From: Rheinheimera texasensis
GTDB taxonomy: Bacteria > Pseudomonadota > Gammaproteobacteria > Enterobacterales > Alteromonadaceae
Reading direction: 5' to 3'
NCBI RefSeq assembly: GCF_964031785.1
Contig: NZ_CAXIRE010000014.1
Location: 59,927 to 123,926 of the forward strand
DNA length: 64,000 nucleotides
Shown in pieces: positions 7,483-17,698 of the stretch (position 1 is its first letter; every line of letters begins with the position of its first letter). The position numbers and the translations under genes are program-made. The notes beneath the pieces were generated by a model. The model searched no databases. It was not told the DNA's origin and saw only the letters and a program-made list of their open reading frames with translations.

Positions 7483-9893
7483 TGCAGATGCTGTTCACAC
7501 TTAAGTTTAGCTGGCGCTTATGGCGCGGACAGCGCCTGCAATGGAGTTTGCTAGCGCTTGGCCTAGGTTGTTTCAGTGCTTTATTGCTGTTACTACTGCA
7601 ATTAGGGCCACAGCTGCGCACACCGTTGCCGGGCTGGGCGCAGCCGGCAGATTTAGTGGCGACTGTGCACCGCACCGACCCACAAGGCCGTTATCAACCC
7701 GTCAGTCATGCTGAGCTGTACCGGTTAAAGCAGCAGCCTGAAGTGAAGGCGCTGGCCATCGCGCAGTTTAGGTCCAGTGAGCTGCGGATTGCCGAACAGA
7801 ATATCGACCGCACTAAGCTGGTGTATTACAGCGAAAATTTGCCAGCAGTGTTGGGGCTGCAAGCACCTTTTACCCGGCCGGAAGCAGGGCAGGCGCAGCC
7901 GGTGTACCTGAGTCATTGGCTCTGGCAGTTATTGGGTAAGCCGGAAGTTCAAGGTTTAGATGTATTGGTCCGTGAAAATGACAAACGTTATGTGATTGCA
8001 GCGGTATTACCGCCGGCGCTGGACCGCTTTAGTGAGAAACGTCCGGGTCTGTGGCTGCCGTGGGAAGACCGGTTTATGCCTTTATTGGATATTGACGAAG
8101 GCCATGACACCAGCAAAGGCCCTGGCCCCGAAGCATTAGCGATGACTGAAAACCTTCCTGATAGTATTGGTTTTATTCAGCATAAAGCGGAGGCGGATCT
8201 CACTGCGCTAGCCAAGAACTATGATGCGACACCGGTTGAATGGCTCGGTCTGCAAGCTTTTAAAATGCTGGAAGATAAACATCAGGCCGATATTATTCCG
8301 GGTATTGAGCTGTTTCCTGAGCAACGCGCTGACTTATTGCAGCAATTCTGGTTGCTGTGTTGCCTGACGCTGTTATGCGGCGCCGTGGTTGCTATTAACC
8401 TGGTATTTTGCCTGATCGGTCAGTTGGTGCAACGCCAGCATGAAATGGGGATGCGCCAGGTGTTGGGTGCCCGCAGCCTGCAGTTAAGCCGGCAGCTGGC
8501 GCTGGAGCAGTTGCCACTTTGGTGCGCAGCTTTGGCCATAGGTGGGATGCTGTATTGGCAGGGGACGACGTTATTATCCGGTTTGCGGGTCTATCAGCAA
8601 TATTTTGGCAGCGCCGGTGTGCCCTTTGCCTGGGGTTATGCCGCCGTTGCCGTGTTGGGGCTGACTTTGTTTTTGCTGCTGTGCAGCCAGTTGCCCCTGC
8701 TGTGGTTGTTGCGCCGCGCCCGGATGTTCCGCAATCGTCAGGGCCAGCGTAACTTGTTACAGCAAAGGCTGGCGTGGGCGCAACAAGTGCTGCAACTGAG
8801 TTTTGCTGGTCTGGCGCTGGTATTGGCTTTGTCGTTACAGTTCCAATTACTGCAACAGGAAAAAACCATCAGCCGCTGGTTGCCATTCGAGGAGCTGCAG
8901 TTGCGATTAAACCCAGGCATTCAACCTGATGCGAAGCTGCAACATGGTGAATTTGGTCAGTATTCAGCAGCACAAGTGGCGTTTGCCAGCGAATTCACGG
9001 AGCCGGTGGAACGTAAACTCACTACCACTGTAGATGGTCACTCGTTGGAGTTGTTTGTCCACAGTACTGAAATGAGCAGCAATTATCTGCAATTTATCGG
9101 TGCCGATGTTATTGCAGGCAGTGCCGAAACAGACAGTGACGGCATTGTGATCAACCGGGCGCTGGCCGACCGTTTGCTGGAGCCGGGCCAAACCTATGCG
9201 GATTTGCCTGGCAAGACTTTGAGCTACATAGCCCCATTTCCCTTGCAGACACAAATCCGTGGCGTGATTCAAAACCTGCCGCATCGCGGCGTTGCTGCAG
9301 CGCCAATGCTGATGATGTATACCCAGCTGAAAGTCAACGGCTGGGGCCCGCATGATGTTCTAACCCTAACCACAAATCCGGCGTTAGTCGATGAAGTGAC
9401 CACAGCACTGGAAGACTGGGCCGACCGGCAAGGCCAGGATTTAGACATCAGCTACCAAGGCACTTTGGCCACCCAGTTGGAACAAATGAATGAACCTTAT
9501 TGGATTTTTGCCCGCATCTCGTTGCTGTTGGCTGGGGTGATTAGCCTGCTGGCCGCGTTAAGTTTGTATTATCAGCTGAAAACCCAGTTGCTGTTAGAGC
9601 AAAGTGTGCTGGCGACCAAACTTGCGGTCGGTGCCACAGTACCGGGTTTAATCAGCCGCTTATGTGGCCATCAGCTCGGGTTATTACTGTTCAGCCTGCC
9701 GGTCTGTGCGCTGTTGGCGGCAGGGCTTTCGCCCTGGCTGAGCGGCAAATTAGGCGCACCGGTATTTCAGCACAGTGCTGTGTTACCGGCGCTGGCACTG
9801 CTGCTGGGTCTGGTGCTGCTGGCCACAGTGTTGCCTGCGCTGCGGCTGTTGCAAAAACCAATCGCTTTATTGCTGCAGGGCAGGGCCACCTGA
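7482..9893 (+). CDS. ABC transporter permease (duplicated MacB/FtsX-like)
   Basis: Two periplasmic domain + TM repeats, R..EMGMRQVLGA and TKLAVGA motifs; TGATG coupling to the ATPase. Confidence 0.8.
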   Translation: MQMLFTLKFSWRLWRGQRLQWSLLALGLGCFSALLLLLLQLGPQLRTPLPGWAQPADLVATVHRTDPQGRYQPVSHAELYRLKQQPEVKALAIAQFRSSELRIAEQNIDRTKLVYYSENLPAVLGLQAPFTRPEAGQAQPVYLSHWLWQLLGKPEVQGLDVLVRENDKRYVIAAVLPPALDRFSEKRPGLWLPWEDRFMPLLDIDEGHDTSKGPGPEALAMTENLPDSIGFIQHKAEADLTALAKNYDATPVEWLGLQAFKMLEDKHQADIIPGIELFPEQRADLLQQFWLLCCLTLLCGAVVAINLVFCLIGQLVQRQHEMGMRQVLGARSLQLSRQLALEQLPLWCAALAIGGMLYWQGTTLLSGLRVYQQYFGSAGVPFAWGYAAVAVLGLTLFLLLCSQLPLLWLLRRARMFRNRQGQRNLLQQRLAWAQQVLQLSFAGLALVLALSLQFQLLQQEKTISRWLPFEELQLRLNPGIQPDAKLQHGEFGQYSAAQVAFASEFTEPVERKLTTTVDGHSLELFVHSTEMSSNYLQFIGADVIAGSAETDSDGIVINRALADRLLEPGQTYADLPGKTLSYIAPFPLQTQIRGVIQNLPHRGVAAAPMLMMYTQLKVNGWGPHDVLTLTTNPALVDEVTTALEDWADRQGQDLDISYQGTLATQLEQMNEPYWIFARISLLLAGVISLLAALSLYYQLKTQLLLEQSVLATKLAVGATVPGLISRLCGHQLGLLLFSLPVCALLAAGLSPWLSGKLGAPVFQHSAVLPALALLLGLVLLATVLPALRLLQKPIALLLQGRAT

Positions 9894-10763
9894 GGCTACT
9901 TGCCAGAAAGCACGCATCAGCGGTTCGTGCAGGCGTTTGGATTGCATGCAGATGCCCAAATCAAAAGGGCTGAACTGATAATCCAGCGCCAGCACGCGCA
10001 CCCGGTCGCGCACCGGGCTGTGCTGCACCACGGGATCGGGCGCAATGGCTACGCCAGTGCCAAGCGCCACCATACTGACCATGGCTTCATGGCCTTCTAC
10101 TTTGGCGACAATATTCGGTGTGATGCCCTGATGTTTTAACCAGGCATCGAGGCGGCTGCGCGCCGGGCCATGTTCTGGCACAATCAGCGGGATTTTATCC
10201 CAGTCTGGTGCAGCTTCACTGAGTAAATCATTGACCTTACAGGGGATCACCGGCGCTATCAGCTGCAGCGGTAATTTGGCGATACTGGCAAAAGCGATAT
10301 TCAGCGGTAAATTCGGTGGATAAACAGCCAGCGCAATATCGGCTTCGTCGTTTTTCACTTTCTCCAGCGCCAGCGCGGCGTCGCCGGTGGTCAGGCTGAT
10401 TTCAGCTTTGGGGCACAGCAGGCGGAATTTATCCAGAATGGCCGGTAAATGGCTGTAGCTGGCTGTGACAGTACAAAACAGCCGGATCTCGCCTTGTAAG
10501 GCGTCTGAGGTTAATGACAAATCAACCTGCAGCTGATGCCAGTCAGCCAGATATTGCTTCACAAACTGCTGAAAGCGCACACCGGCCGGTGTCAGCCGCA
10601 CCGACCTTTTGTCGCGGCTGAACAGCTGCACGCCTAAATCATCTTCCAGCCGCTGAATAATGCGCGTCAGCGTCGACGGTGAAACATATAACTGTTCACT
10701 GGTTTTACTGAAATTCAGGCTGCTGGCCAGATGCAGAAAAAGCTGCGCGCTGCGGATATCCAT
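9867..10763 (-). CDS. ilvY: LysR-family regulator IlvY
   Basis: LysR HTH (LNFSKTS..VSPSTLTR.IQRLE), LFCTVTASYSHLP.ILDKFR; divergent from ilvC. Confidence 0.95.
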   Translation of the reverse strand: MDIRSAQLFLHLASSLNFSKTSEQLYVSPSTLTRIIQRLEDDLGVQLFSRDKRSVRLTPAGVRFQQFVKQYLADWHQLQVDLSLTSDALQGEIRLFCTVTASYSHLPAILDKFRLLCPKAEISLTTGDAALALEKVKNDEADIALAVYPPNLPLNIAFASIAKLPLQLIAPVIPCKVNDLLSEAAPDWDKIPLIVPEHGPARSRLDAWLKHQGITPNIVAKVEGHEAMVSMVALGTGVAIAPDPVVQHSPVRDRVRVLALDYQFSPFDLGICMQSKRLHEPLMRAFWQVASGGPALQQ

Positions 10764-10803
10764 CAGATTCCTTCGCTACAATCTGTCGATTGCAGATTCT
10801 TAA

Positions 10804-10869
10804 TTGCAAAAAGTGAAATACTGTTTTGAGAATATATCACTTCACGCAATGAAACCAGTGGCCTATGCT
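10804..10869 (+). promoter_or_regulatory. IlvY operators O1/O2 and ilvC -10
   Basis: TTGCAAAAAGTGAAAT (10804-10819) and GAATATATCACTTCACGCAAT (10830-10850) closely resemble the E. coli ilvYC operators as I recall them; TATGCT at 10864-10869. Confidence 0.75.
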
Positions 10870-10968
10870 GGCTTTATCAAAACAGCGCACAGAGCGTTGT
10901 TCTGCCAAAGCTCCCACAGTGCTTGTTGCACCACCGGACCGGCAAATCAGAATTATCAGGATCGACAG

Positions 10969-12450
10969 ATGGCTAATTATTTCAACACACTGAACTTACG
11001 CCAGCAGTTAAAGCAGCTGGGCAAATGCCGTTTTATGCAAAAAGAAGAGTTTGCTGACGGTTGTAACTTTATCAAAGGTTGGAAAGTAGTCATCGTTGGC
11101 TGTGGTGCTCAGGGTTTAAACCAGGGCCTGAACATGCGCGATTCTGGTGTGAACATTTCTTATGCACTGCGTGCTGACGCCATTGCGCAAAAACGTAAAT
11201 CTTTCCTGCAGGCCAGCGAAAATGGTTTCACGGTAGGGACTTACGAAGAATTAATTCCAACGGCCGATCTGGTACTGAACCTGACGCCGGACAAACAACA
11301 TACTTCAGTCGTGAAAGCGGTGATGCCGCTGATGAAACAAGGCGCGACGCTGGCTTATTCGCACGGTTTTAATATCGTCGAAGAAGGCACGCAAATCCGC
11401 AAAGACATCACCGTCATCATGGTGGCGCCGAAGTGCCCGGGTACTGAAGTGCGTGAAGAATACAAACGTGGTTTTGGTGTACCGACGCTGATTGCGGTGC
11501 ATCCGGAAAACGACCCGAACGGCAACGGCCTGGCCATCGCCAAAGCTTATGCTTCAGCCACCGGCGGCGACCGTGCCGGCGTGCTGGAATCCAGCTTCGT
11601 CGCTGAAGTGAAATCAGATTTGATGGGTGAGCAGACCATTCTGTGCGGCATGTTACAGACCGGTGCGATCCTGGCCTATGACAAGCTGGTTGCTGATGGT
11701 TATGAAGCCGGTTTTGCTGCCAAGCTGATCCAGTTTGGCTGGGAAACGATTACTGAAGCGCTGAAGCACGGTGGCATCACCAACATGATGGACCGCCTGT
11801 CGAACCCGGCGAAAATCAAAGCCTATGATTTGGCTGAACAATTAAAAGGCATTCTGCAGCCGCTGTTTGCCAAGCACATGGACGACATCATCTCCGGCAA
11901 GTTCTCTGAGACTATGATGGCGGACTGGGCCAACGACGACAAACAATTGCTGGGCTGGCGCGAAGAAACCCGTCAAAGCGGTTTTGAAAATGCACCGGTA
12001 TCGAGCGAGCAAATTGCTGAACAAGATTATTTCGACCGCGCGATTTTGTTAGTCGCCATGGTGAAAGCGGGTGTTGAACTGGCGTTTGATACCATGGTGG
12101 AAGCCGGTATCGTGGAAGAATCAGCCTATTACGAGTCGTTGCATGAGACGCCACTGATTGCGAACACTATTGCCCGTAAACGTCTGTATGAGATGAACGT
12201 GGTGATCAGCGACACGGCAGAATACGGTAACTATCTGTTTGCCAACGCCGCAGTACCGATGCTGCGCGACCTGGTGAACAACATCAGCCCTGAACTGTTG
12301 GGCAAAGGTTTAGCCTCAGCCAGCAACGGTGTCGATAACGTGCGGTTGATTGAAGTAAACGATGCCATCCGCAATCATCCGGTGGAAATCGTTGGCAAGA
12401 AATTACGGGGTTACATGACCGCGATGAAGCGGATTGTAGTAAGCGCTTAA
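10969..12450 (+). CDS. ilvC: Ketol-acid reductoisomerase (long, class II)
   Basis: [57 protein letters not shown]. Confidence 0.98.
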   Translation: MANYFNTLNLRQQLKQLGKCRFMQKEEFADGCNFIKGWKVVIVGCGAQGLNQGLNMRDSGVNISYALRADAIAQKRKSFLQASENGFTVGTYEELIPTADLVLNLTPDKQHTSVVKAVMPLMKQGATLAYSHGFNIVEEGTQIRKDITVIMVAPKCPGTEVREEYKRGFGVPTLIAVHPENDPNGNGLAIAKAYASATGGDRAGVLESSFVAEVKSDLMGEQTILCGMLQTGAILAYDKLVADGYEAGFAAKLIQFGWETITEALKHGGITNMMDRLSNPAKIKAYDLAEQLKGILQPLFAKHMDDIISGKFSETMMADWANDDKQLLGWREETRQSGFENAPVSSEQIAEQDYFDRAILLVAMVKAGVELAFDTMVEAGIVEESAYYESLHETPLIANTIARKRLYEMNVVISDTAEYGNYLFANAAVPMLRDLVNNISPELLGKGLASASNGVDNVRLIEVNDAIRNHPVEIVGKKLRGYMTAMKRIVVSA

Positions 12451-12500
12451 TCTGCGCCACTAACCCCACACTGAGTTTTTTACGTGGACCTTGGTTGTTT

Positions 12501-12524
12501 GCCCGGCTTTGCCGGGCTTTTTTT
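12501..12524 (+). terminator. Terminator of ilvC
   Basis: GCCCGGC-TTT-GCCGGGC-T7. Confidence 0.9.
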
Positions 12525-12526
12525 AT

Positions 12527-12705
12527 GTACAGGAAGTACGGTACAGCGAAGCAGGGATTTCGAAACGCCAACAGTTTGGCGTTTCGCCTGATAAGCACCA
12601 TTCGCTCTGCGAATGGAAAATGCAGGTACGTGGTACCCAGAGCTTTTCCGTGATGCGCACCATCCATGGCGCTTACCCTACCTACAGCTTTTCGTGATGG
12701 TGTAT
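12527..12705. repeat. Multi-hairpin palindromic intergenic element (REP/MITE-like or structured leader)
   Basis: Hairpins CGAAACGCCAA/TTGGCGTTTCG (12561-12586), CCATTCGC/GCGAATGG (12598-12616), GGTAC/GTACC (12625-12637); GTAC-AGGAA-GTAC at the left end and CATCCATG near the right end. Confidence 0.45.
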
Positions 12706-12737
12706 CTTCAATCACAAATGTAGCGCAAAGGAACCTT

Positions 12738-13175
12738 ATGAAATCTATCGCCCTGATTGCCCACGACGGTAAAAAAGCTGAATTGCTGGATTGGGTTGCA
12801 ACGCATGCGGCTTTTTTCCAGAACAAAACGTTGTACGCCACCGGTACCACCGGGCGCCTCATCAGCGACAAATTACAGCTGCCGGTGCATTGTTTTGCCA
12901 GCGGGCCACTCGGTGGTGACCAGCAAATCGGTGCTTTAATCGCAGAACAAAAAATCGACTGGCTGGTATTTTTCTGGGACCCACTCAGTTCCCAGCCGCA
13001 TGACCCTGATGTCAAAGCGCTGATCCGCCTTGCCGTGGTGTGGAATATCCCGGTAGCCTGTAACAAAGCCACCGCCGATTTTATTGTGCATTCGAGTTTA
13101 TTTCAGACTGATTATCAGCGCGCGGTGCCGGATTTCAGTGCCCATCAGCGCCGGTTTGAGCCGGGGAAATCTTAG
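12738..13175 (+). CDS. mgsA: Methylglyoxal synthase
   Basis: [55 protein letters not shown]. Confidence 0.97.
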   Translation: MKSIALIAHDGKKAELLDWVATHAAFFQNKTLYATGTTGRLISDKLQLPVHCFASGPLGGDQQIGALIAEQKIDWLVFFWDPLSSQPHDPDVKALIRLAVVWNIPVACNKATADFIVHSSLFQTDYQRAVPDFSAHQRRFEPGKS

Positions 13176-13178
13176 ACT

Positions 13179-13583
13179 TCACGTTGGCTTTGCCAGCTGA
13201 TTCAGAATATTGCAGTGTGGGCTGCCGTCGCCTTTGCAACTGTCTGCCAGCGCGGTCAGCACTTGCTGCATATGTTGCAGTTCCGCAATTTTGGCGGCGA
13301 TTTCAGCGAGATGCTGTTGGGCCAGTTGTTTTACGGCCCGGCTTTCGCGCTCGGGGTTTTGCCACAGCTCAAGCAGGGCATGAATATCTGCTAGCGAAAA
13401 CCCAAGATTACGCGCCTGGCGGATAAAGCGTAACTGATTGATTTGTTCACTGTTATACAAACGATAACCCGCGTCAGTCCGGGCAGATTTTCGCAGCAAC
13501 CCAGACTGTTCGTAATGGCGAATCATTTTGGCGCTTAAGCCGCTGGCTTTCGCCGCATCGCCGATGGTCAGTAAAGTTGCCAT
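13179..13583 (-). CDS. cueR: Cu(I)-responsive MerR-family regulator
   Basis: IGDAAKASGLSAKMIRHYE, GYRLY, metal loop CKGDGSPHC; downstream of copA. Confidence 0.93.
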   Translation of the reverse strand: MATLLTIGDAAKASGLSAKMIRHYEQSGLLRKSARTDAGYRLYNSEQINQLRFIRQARNLGFSLADIHALLELWQNPERESRAVKQLAQQHLAEIAAKIAELQHMQQVLTALADSCKGDGSPHCNILNQLAKPT

Positions 13584-13596
13584 GGTTTTTTCCTTT

Positions 13597-15999
13597 TTAG
13601 AAAGACATGCGTTGCAAACGCAGGGCGTTAGTGACGACGAATACACTGCTACAGGCCATGGCCGCACCGGCAATCACCGGGTTTAAAAAGCCCATGGCGG
13701 CGAGTGGGATGCCGACAATATTAAAGGCAAAAGCCCAAAACAGATTTTGCTGAATATTGCGGTAAGTGGCACTGGCGAGCTGCAAGGCGGAGGCGACCAG
13801 CGCCGGGTTGCCGCGCATCAGCGTCATCGCCGCAGCGCTGACGGCGACTTCGGTGCCAGTGGCCATCGCAATACCCAAATCGGCCTGCGCCAAAGCCGGC
13901 GCATCATTGATGCCATCACCGACCATCGCCACCTGAAAGCCTTGCGCCTGAATATCCGCAATCGCCTGTGCTTTGCCTTGTGGTAACACTTCGGCCTGCA
14001 CATGATCCAGCCCCAACTGCTCAGCGATGTAGCTGGCGCTTTGTTGAGAATCACCGGTCAGCATCGCGACTTGAATGCCACGCTGCTGCAGTTTTTGCAC
14101 TGCGGCTTTGGCTTCAGGTTTGGCTTGGTCAGCAAAGCAGAACAACCCAAGCAGTTTGGCCTGACCAGCGCTGGTTTCGGCCAGCCAGGACACGGACGCG
14201 CCCGGGATCTGGATTTGCTCGGTCGGCAGTGTTAATCCCAGTTCGCGCATCCAGTGACCAGACCCCAGCACAACAGTGCGCTCGCCGAACTGTGCCTGCA
14301 CGCCTTTACCGGCCACCACAGTGAACTGGCTGACTTCGTCGAGTGGCACTTGCTGGATTTGGGCATAATGGACCACCGCTTTGGCCAGCGGATGTTCGCT
14401 GTGCTGCGACAGCGCGTAGGCTATCCGCAGCACTGTTTGCTTTTCTTCTGCGAAGGCGGTCAATTGCAGCAATTCAGGTTTACCTGCGGTCAGGGTACCG
14501 GTTTTATCAAAGACGACATAATCGATTTTGGTCGCCTGCTCGAGTGCAACAGCGTCTTTGACCAGAATGCCGTGCCGGGCGGCGGTGCCGGTACCGGCCA
14601 TAATAGCGGCTGGCGTGGCAAGGCCTAGTGCACAAGGACAGGCAATCACCAACACCGCCACAGCGTGTAAGATGCCTTGGGTCCAGTCGTTTAGCACCAG
14701 CCCCCAAACCAGCAATGTGAGTAGGGCAATCAGCAGCACGACCGGCACAAAAATATTGCTGATCTTATCGACCAGTGCCTGGACCGGTGCTTTGGCGCCT
14801 TGGGCTTGCTCGACTAACCGGATGATTTTTGCCAGCGTGGATTCGCTCCCCACAGCCGTGGCTTCGAATTCAAGCAAGCCATCCAGATTAATGGCACCAC
14901 CGGTCAGGTGATCGCCAACAGTTTTGTGCAGCGGAATACTTTCACCACTGATCAGCGCTTCATCGACATGGCTGCTGCCGCCTATCACAATGCCGTCGGC
15001 CGGAATGCGCTCGCCGGGCAAAACTTTGACTCTGTCGTATTTTTTCAACGCCGCGGCAGCAATATTGCGCCAGCTGCCATCGCGCCAGACGGTGGCTGTT
15101 GTTGGCTTTAAGTTTTCCAGTGCCTGCAACGCGTCTGTCGTACGTTTTTTCGCGCGTTTTTCTAAGAATTTGCCGAGCAATACCAGCGTCAATACCGCTG
15201 CGCTGCTTTCGAAATACAGGTGCGGTGCGCCATGATGACCATCAAAGCTGTACCACAGATAAAGTGACAACCCATAAGCCGCGCTGGTGCCGATCGACAC
15301 CAATAAATCCATATTGCCGCTTTTTGCTTTTAAGGCGTGCCATCCGGCTTGGTAAAAGCGCGCACCAAAATAAAACTGCACTGGCGTTGCCAGCACCCAC
15401 TGCCAGAAGGCCGGCAGCATCCAGTCGATGCCAAATAACAGGCCAAACATTGGCAGCACCAGCGGGATGGTCAGCAGCGCCGCGCCGAGCACCGGCCAGC
15501 TGTCGGTCTGATAAAACGCCAATGGCTTTGTTGCAGCGCCATTTTCAGCGCCGTTTTCAGCATTATTCCCAGCCCCAGTTTCAGTGGTAGTTGGTGCCAG
15601 CACCAATTCATAACCGGCGTTTGTGACAGCTTGCGCCAGACTTTCTTCGCTGACGGCGCTGGTTAAACGCAGGCTGACCTGTTCTGTGGCCAGATTGACG
15701 CTGGCGGCCAATACACCAGGCACTTTCAGCAGGCTTTTTTCCACCCGACCGGCGCAGGAGGCGCAAGTCATGCCTTGGACGGCAAACTGTCGCTGCTTGC
15801 TCTCGAGCTGATAACCGGCCGCGCTGATGGCGGCTTCTAATGCATCAGTGGCGACCTGACCAGTCACTGTTGCCGTCTCAGTCGCCAGATTCACACTGGC
15901 CGCTTCGACGCCAGCGACCGCACTTAAGGCTTTTTCCACCCGGCCGGCACATGAGGCGCAGCTCATCCCATTGATTTTCAACTGCGTGGTCGCTGTCAT
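13597..15999 (-). CDS. copA: Copper-translocating P1B-type ATPase
   Basis: Two GMxCASC domains, CPCALGLA, DKTGTLT, SEHPLA, GDGINDAPALA, MACSS. Confidence 0.95.
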   Translation of the reverse strand: MTATTQLKINGMSCASCAGRVEKALSAVAGVEAASVNLATETATVTGQVATDALEAAISAAGYQLESKQRQFAVQGMTCASCAGRVEKSLLKVPGVLAASVNLATEQVSLRLTSAVSEESLAQAVTNAGYELVLAPTTTETGAGNNAENGAENGAATKPLAFYQTDSWPVLGAALLTIPLVLPMFGLLFGIDWMLPAFWQWVLATPVQFYFGARFYQAGWHALKAKSGNMDLLVSIGTSAAYGLSLYLWYSFDGHHGAPHLYFESSAAVLTLVLLGKFLEKRAKKRTTDALQALENLKPTTATVWRDGSWRNIAAAALKKYDRVKVLPGERIPADGIVIGGSSHVDEALISGESIPLHKTVGDHLTGGAINLDGLLEFEATAVGSESTLAKIIRLVEQAQGAKAPVQALVDKISNIFVPVVLLIALLTLLVWGLVLNDWTQGILHAVAVLVIACPCALGLATPAAIMAGTGTAARHGILVKDAVALEQATKIDYVVFDKTGTLTAGKPELLQLTAFAEEKQTVLRIAYALSQHSEHPLAKAVVHYAQIQQVPLDEVSQFTVVAGKGVQAQFGERTVVLGSGHWMRELGLTLPTEQIQIPGASVSWLAETSAGQAKLLGLFCFADQAKPEAKAAVQKLQQRGIQVAMLTGDSQQSASYIAEQLGLDHVQAEVLPQGKAQAIADIQAQGFQVAMVGDGINDAPALAQADLGIAMATGTEVAVSAAAMTLMRGNPALVASALQLASATYRNIQQNLFWAFAFNIVGIPLAAMGFLNPVIAGAAMACSSVFVVTNALRLQRMSF

Positions 16000-16037
16000 C
16001 GTACTGACTCCTGGTCAACAAGGGTTTTTGATAACAT

Positions 16038-16069
16038 AAGGCTAAACCTTGCCATGGTGGTAAGGTCAA
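16038..16069 (-). promoter_or_regulatory. CueR-type promoter for copA
   Basis: Minus strand TTGACC-19 nt-TAGCCT containing ACCTT-N11-AAGGT dyad; 19-bp spacer typical of MerR promoters. Confidence 0.88.
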
Positions 16070-16096
16070 ACAGTTTTTTAAAAATAAAATTCTGGC

Positions 16097-16127
16097 TTGA
16101 CTCTGCCATAGGGAGAAGCTTCAGTCT
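16097..16127 (+). promoter_or_regulatory. CueR-type promoter for copZ
   Basis: TTGACT-CTGCCATAGGGAGAAGCTT(19 nt)-CAGTCT; degenerate CueR dyad. Confidence 0.7.
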
Positions 16128-16157
16128 GGGTACCGAGTTCAACAGAGGAGATGTAAC

Positions 16158-16394
16158 ATGATGAAATTCTACGTCGCAGACATGACCTGCGGTCATTGTG
16201 TCAGCCGGATCACCAAAGCAATAGTGCAACTGCAGGCTGATGCCACAGTTGAAGCAGATTTAGCCAATACCACTGTGTCGGTGCATAGCACACTCAGTGC
16301 GGACGAGATTATCGACGCCATCACAGACGCCGGTTATACCGCGGCCAGCCAGCAAAGCGATTGCTGTGATCCAGCCAACAGTTGTCACAGCTAA
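16158..16394 (+). CDS. copZ: Copper chaperone (HMA domain)
   Basis: AGAGGAG RBS, DMTCGHC, DAGY; extra tail SDCCDPANSCHS. Confidence 0.88.
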   Translation: MMKFYVADMTCGHCVSRITKAIVQLQADATVEADLANTTVSVHSTLSADEIIDAITDAGYTAASQQSDCCDPANSCHS

Positions 16395-16413
16395 AACGGC
16401 TAAATCTGATAAA

Positions 16414-16440
16414 ACCAACCCCGCTTTTGGCGGGGTTGGT
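16414..16440. terminator. Terminator hairpin between convergent copZ and alx
   Basis: ACCAACCCCGC-TTTTG-GCGGGGTTGGT, flanked by A and T runs. Confidence 0.75.
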
Positions 16441-16478
16441 GGTTTTGCTGGGGCAGTCAGCTCTTTCACAACCTGCCG

Positions 16479-17465
16479 CTAGTCAGCCCTATGTTCCTGC
16501 TCAGCATCGGTGCTGCGGCTTTGGCGCAGCGATAACACCACGGACGTTGCGATGATGAGGGCGACAACGCTTAAAGAGACCGCAACCGGGATCTTATAGA
16601 TATCAATCAGCAACATCTTCGCGCCGATAAACACCAGCACTAAAGCCAGGCCGTATTTGAGCAAGCTGAAGCGGTCTGCCATATCAGCCAGCAAAAAGTA
16701 CATGGCGCGCAGGCCCAGGATCGCAAAGATATTCGAGGTCAGCACGATAAAGGGGTCGGTAGTGATGGCAAAAATCGCCGGGATTGAATCAACGGCAAAA
16801 ATCACATCAGAAAACTCGACTAACACCAGTACCAAAAATAATGGCGTGGCATAACGTACCCAACGGCCATTGACTTCACGGCGCACAAAAAACTTTTCGC
16901 CTTCCAGCTCTTCTGTGACGTTAAAGCGCCGGCGGACCCATAACACCAGTGGATTATTTTGCAGATCAGGCTCTTGGTCTGCTGCCCACCACATTTTAAT
17001 GCCGGTGAACAGCAGGAAAGCGCCAAACACATACAGTAGCCAGTGGAACTGGGTGATAAGCCAGACGCCGGCAAAAATCATCACAGTGCGCAGCACAATA
17101 GCCCCCAGCACGCCTAAAACCAGCACGCGTTTTTGTAATTCCGGCGGGATAGCAAAGACACTGAAAATCATCAGCCAGACAAAGACGTTGTCAATCGCCA
17201 GCGATTTTTCAATCAGATAACCGGTAATGAATTCGAGCGTTTTGGCGTTAGCAATTTCAGGCCCGGCAGTGTCACGCAAATACCACCATAAACCGGCAGC
17301 AAACAGCATCGACACCGACACCCAAATCACCGACCAGATAGCCGCTTCTTTGACCGAAACTTTGTGTTGTTTACCGCCACCGACCAAAAACAGATCGATA
17401 GCGAGCATGATCAGCACCAGGCTGAAAAATACAGCCCAGAGCCAGGGATTGGCGATTGTTTCCAT
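16479..17465 (-). CDS. alx: TerC-family membrane protein Alx (Mn homeostasis)
   Basis: [49 protein letters not shown]; yybP-ykoY riboswitch upstream. Confidence 0.93.
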   Translation of the reverse strand: METIANPWLWAVFFSLVLIMLAIDLFLVGGGKQHKVSVKEAAIWSVIWVSVSMLFAAGLWWYLRDTAGPEIANAKTLEFITGYLIEKSLAIDNVFVWLMIFSVFAIPPELQKRVLVLGVLGAIVLRTVMIFAGVWLITQFHWLLYVFGAFLLFTGIKMWWAADQEPDLQNNPLVLWVRRRFNVTEELEGEKFFVRREVNGRWVRYATPLFLVLVLVEFSDVIFAVDSIPAIFAITTDPFIVLTSNIFAILGLRAMYFLLADMADRFSLLKYGLALVLVFIGAKMLLIDIYKIPVAVSLSVVALIIATSVVLSLRQSRSTDAEQEHRAD

Positions 17466-17565
17466 AAATGAACTCCAAACAGGGTGATACAGCCGGTTGC
17501 TGCCGGCGTTGTCCGGCCCACGCTGGCCGGATGTCCTGTTTAGAGGGGGATCTTTGCCAGAGTGG

Positions 17566-17658
17566 CAAAGGTCTTGCTCATCAGCTGGGCTGACCCGGTT
17601 ACCGGAAACCTGTGGGTTTCGGCATGACGATAAACCGGCGTGGAGCTACTCCCCTTTG
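17566..17658 (-). ncRNA. yybP-ykoY (Mn2+) riboswitch
   Basis: Minus strand CAAAGGGGAGTAGC ... TCGTCATG ... GAGCAAGACCTTTG with P1 CAAAGG/CCTTTG; further hairpins before the alx ATG; TTGACT -35 at 17693-17698. Confidence 0.9.
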
Positions 17659-17698
17659 GGATGGCGCGACTCTAACAAAAGCTGACGAATTTAGTCAA

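Noticed and set aside
10804-10968. 55-aa N-terminal extension of ilvC in the ORF track
   Set aside because: Overlaps the IlvY operators and promoter; the conserved start is MANYF at 10969. Similar over-extensions were trimmed for mgsA, cueR, nagR, the S9 peptidase, TetR and the M13 peptidase.
15530-15600. AENG-AENG duplication in the CopA linker
   Set aside because: Short low-complexity linker variation with no evident function.
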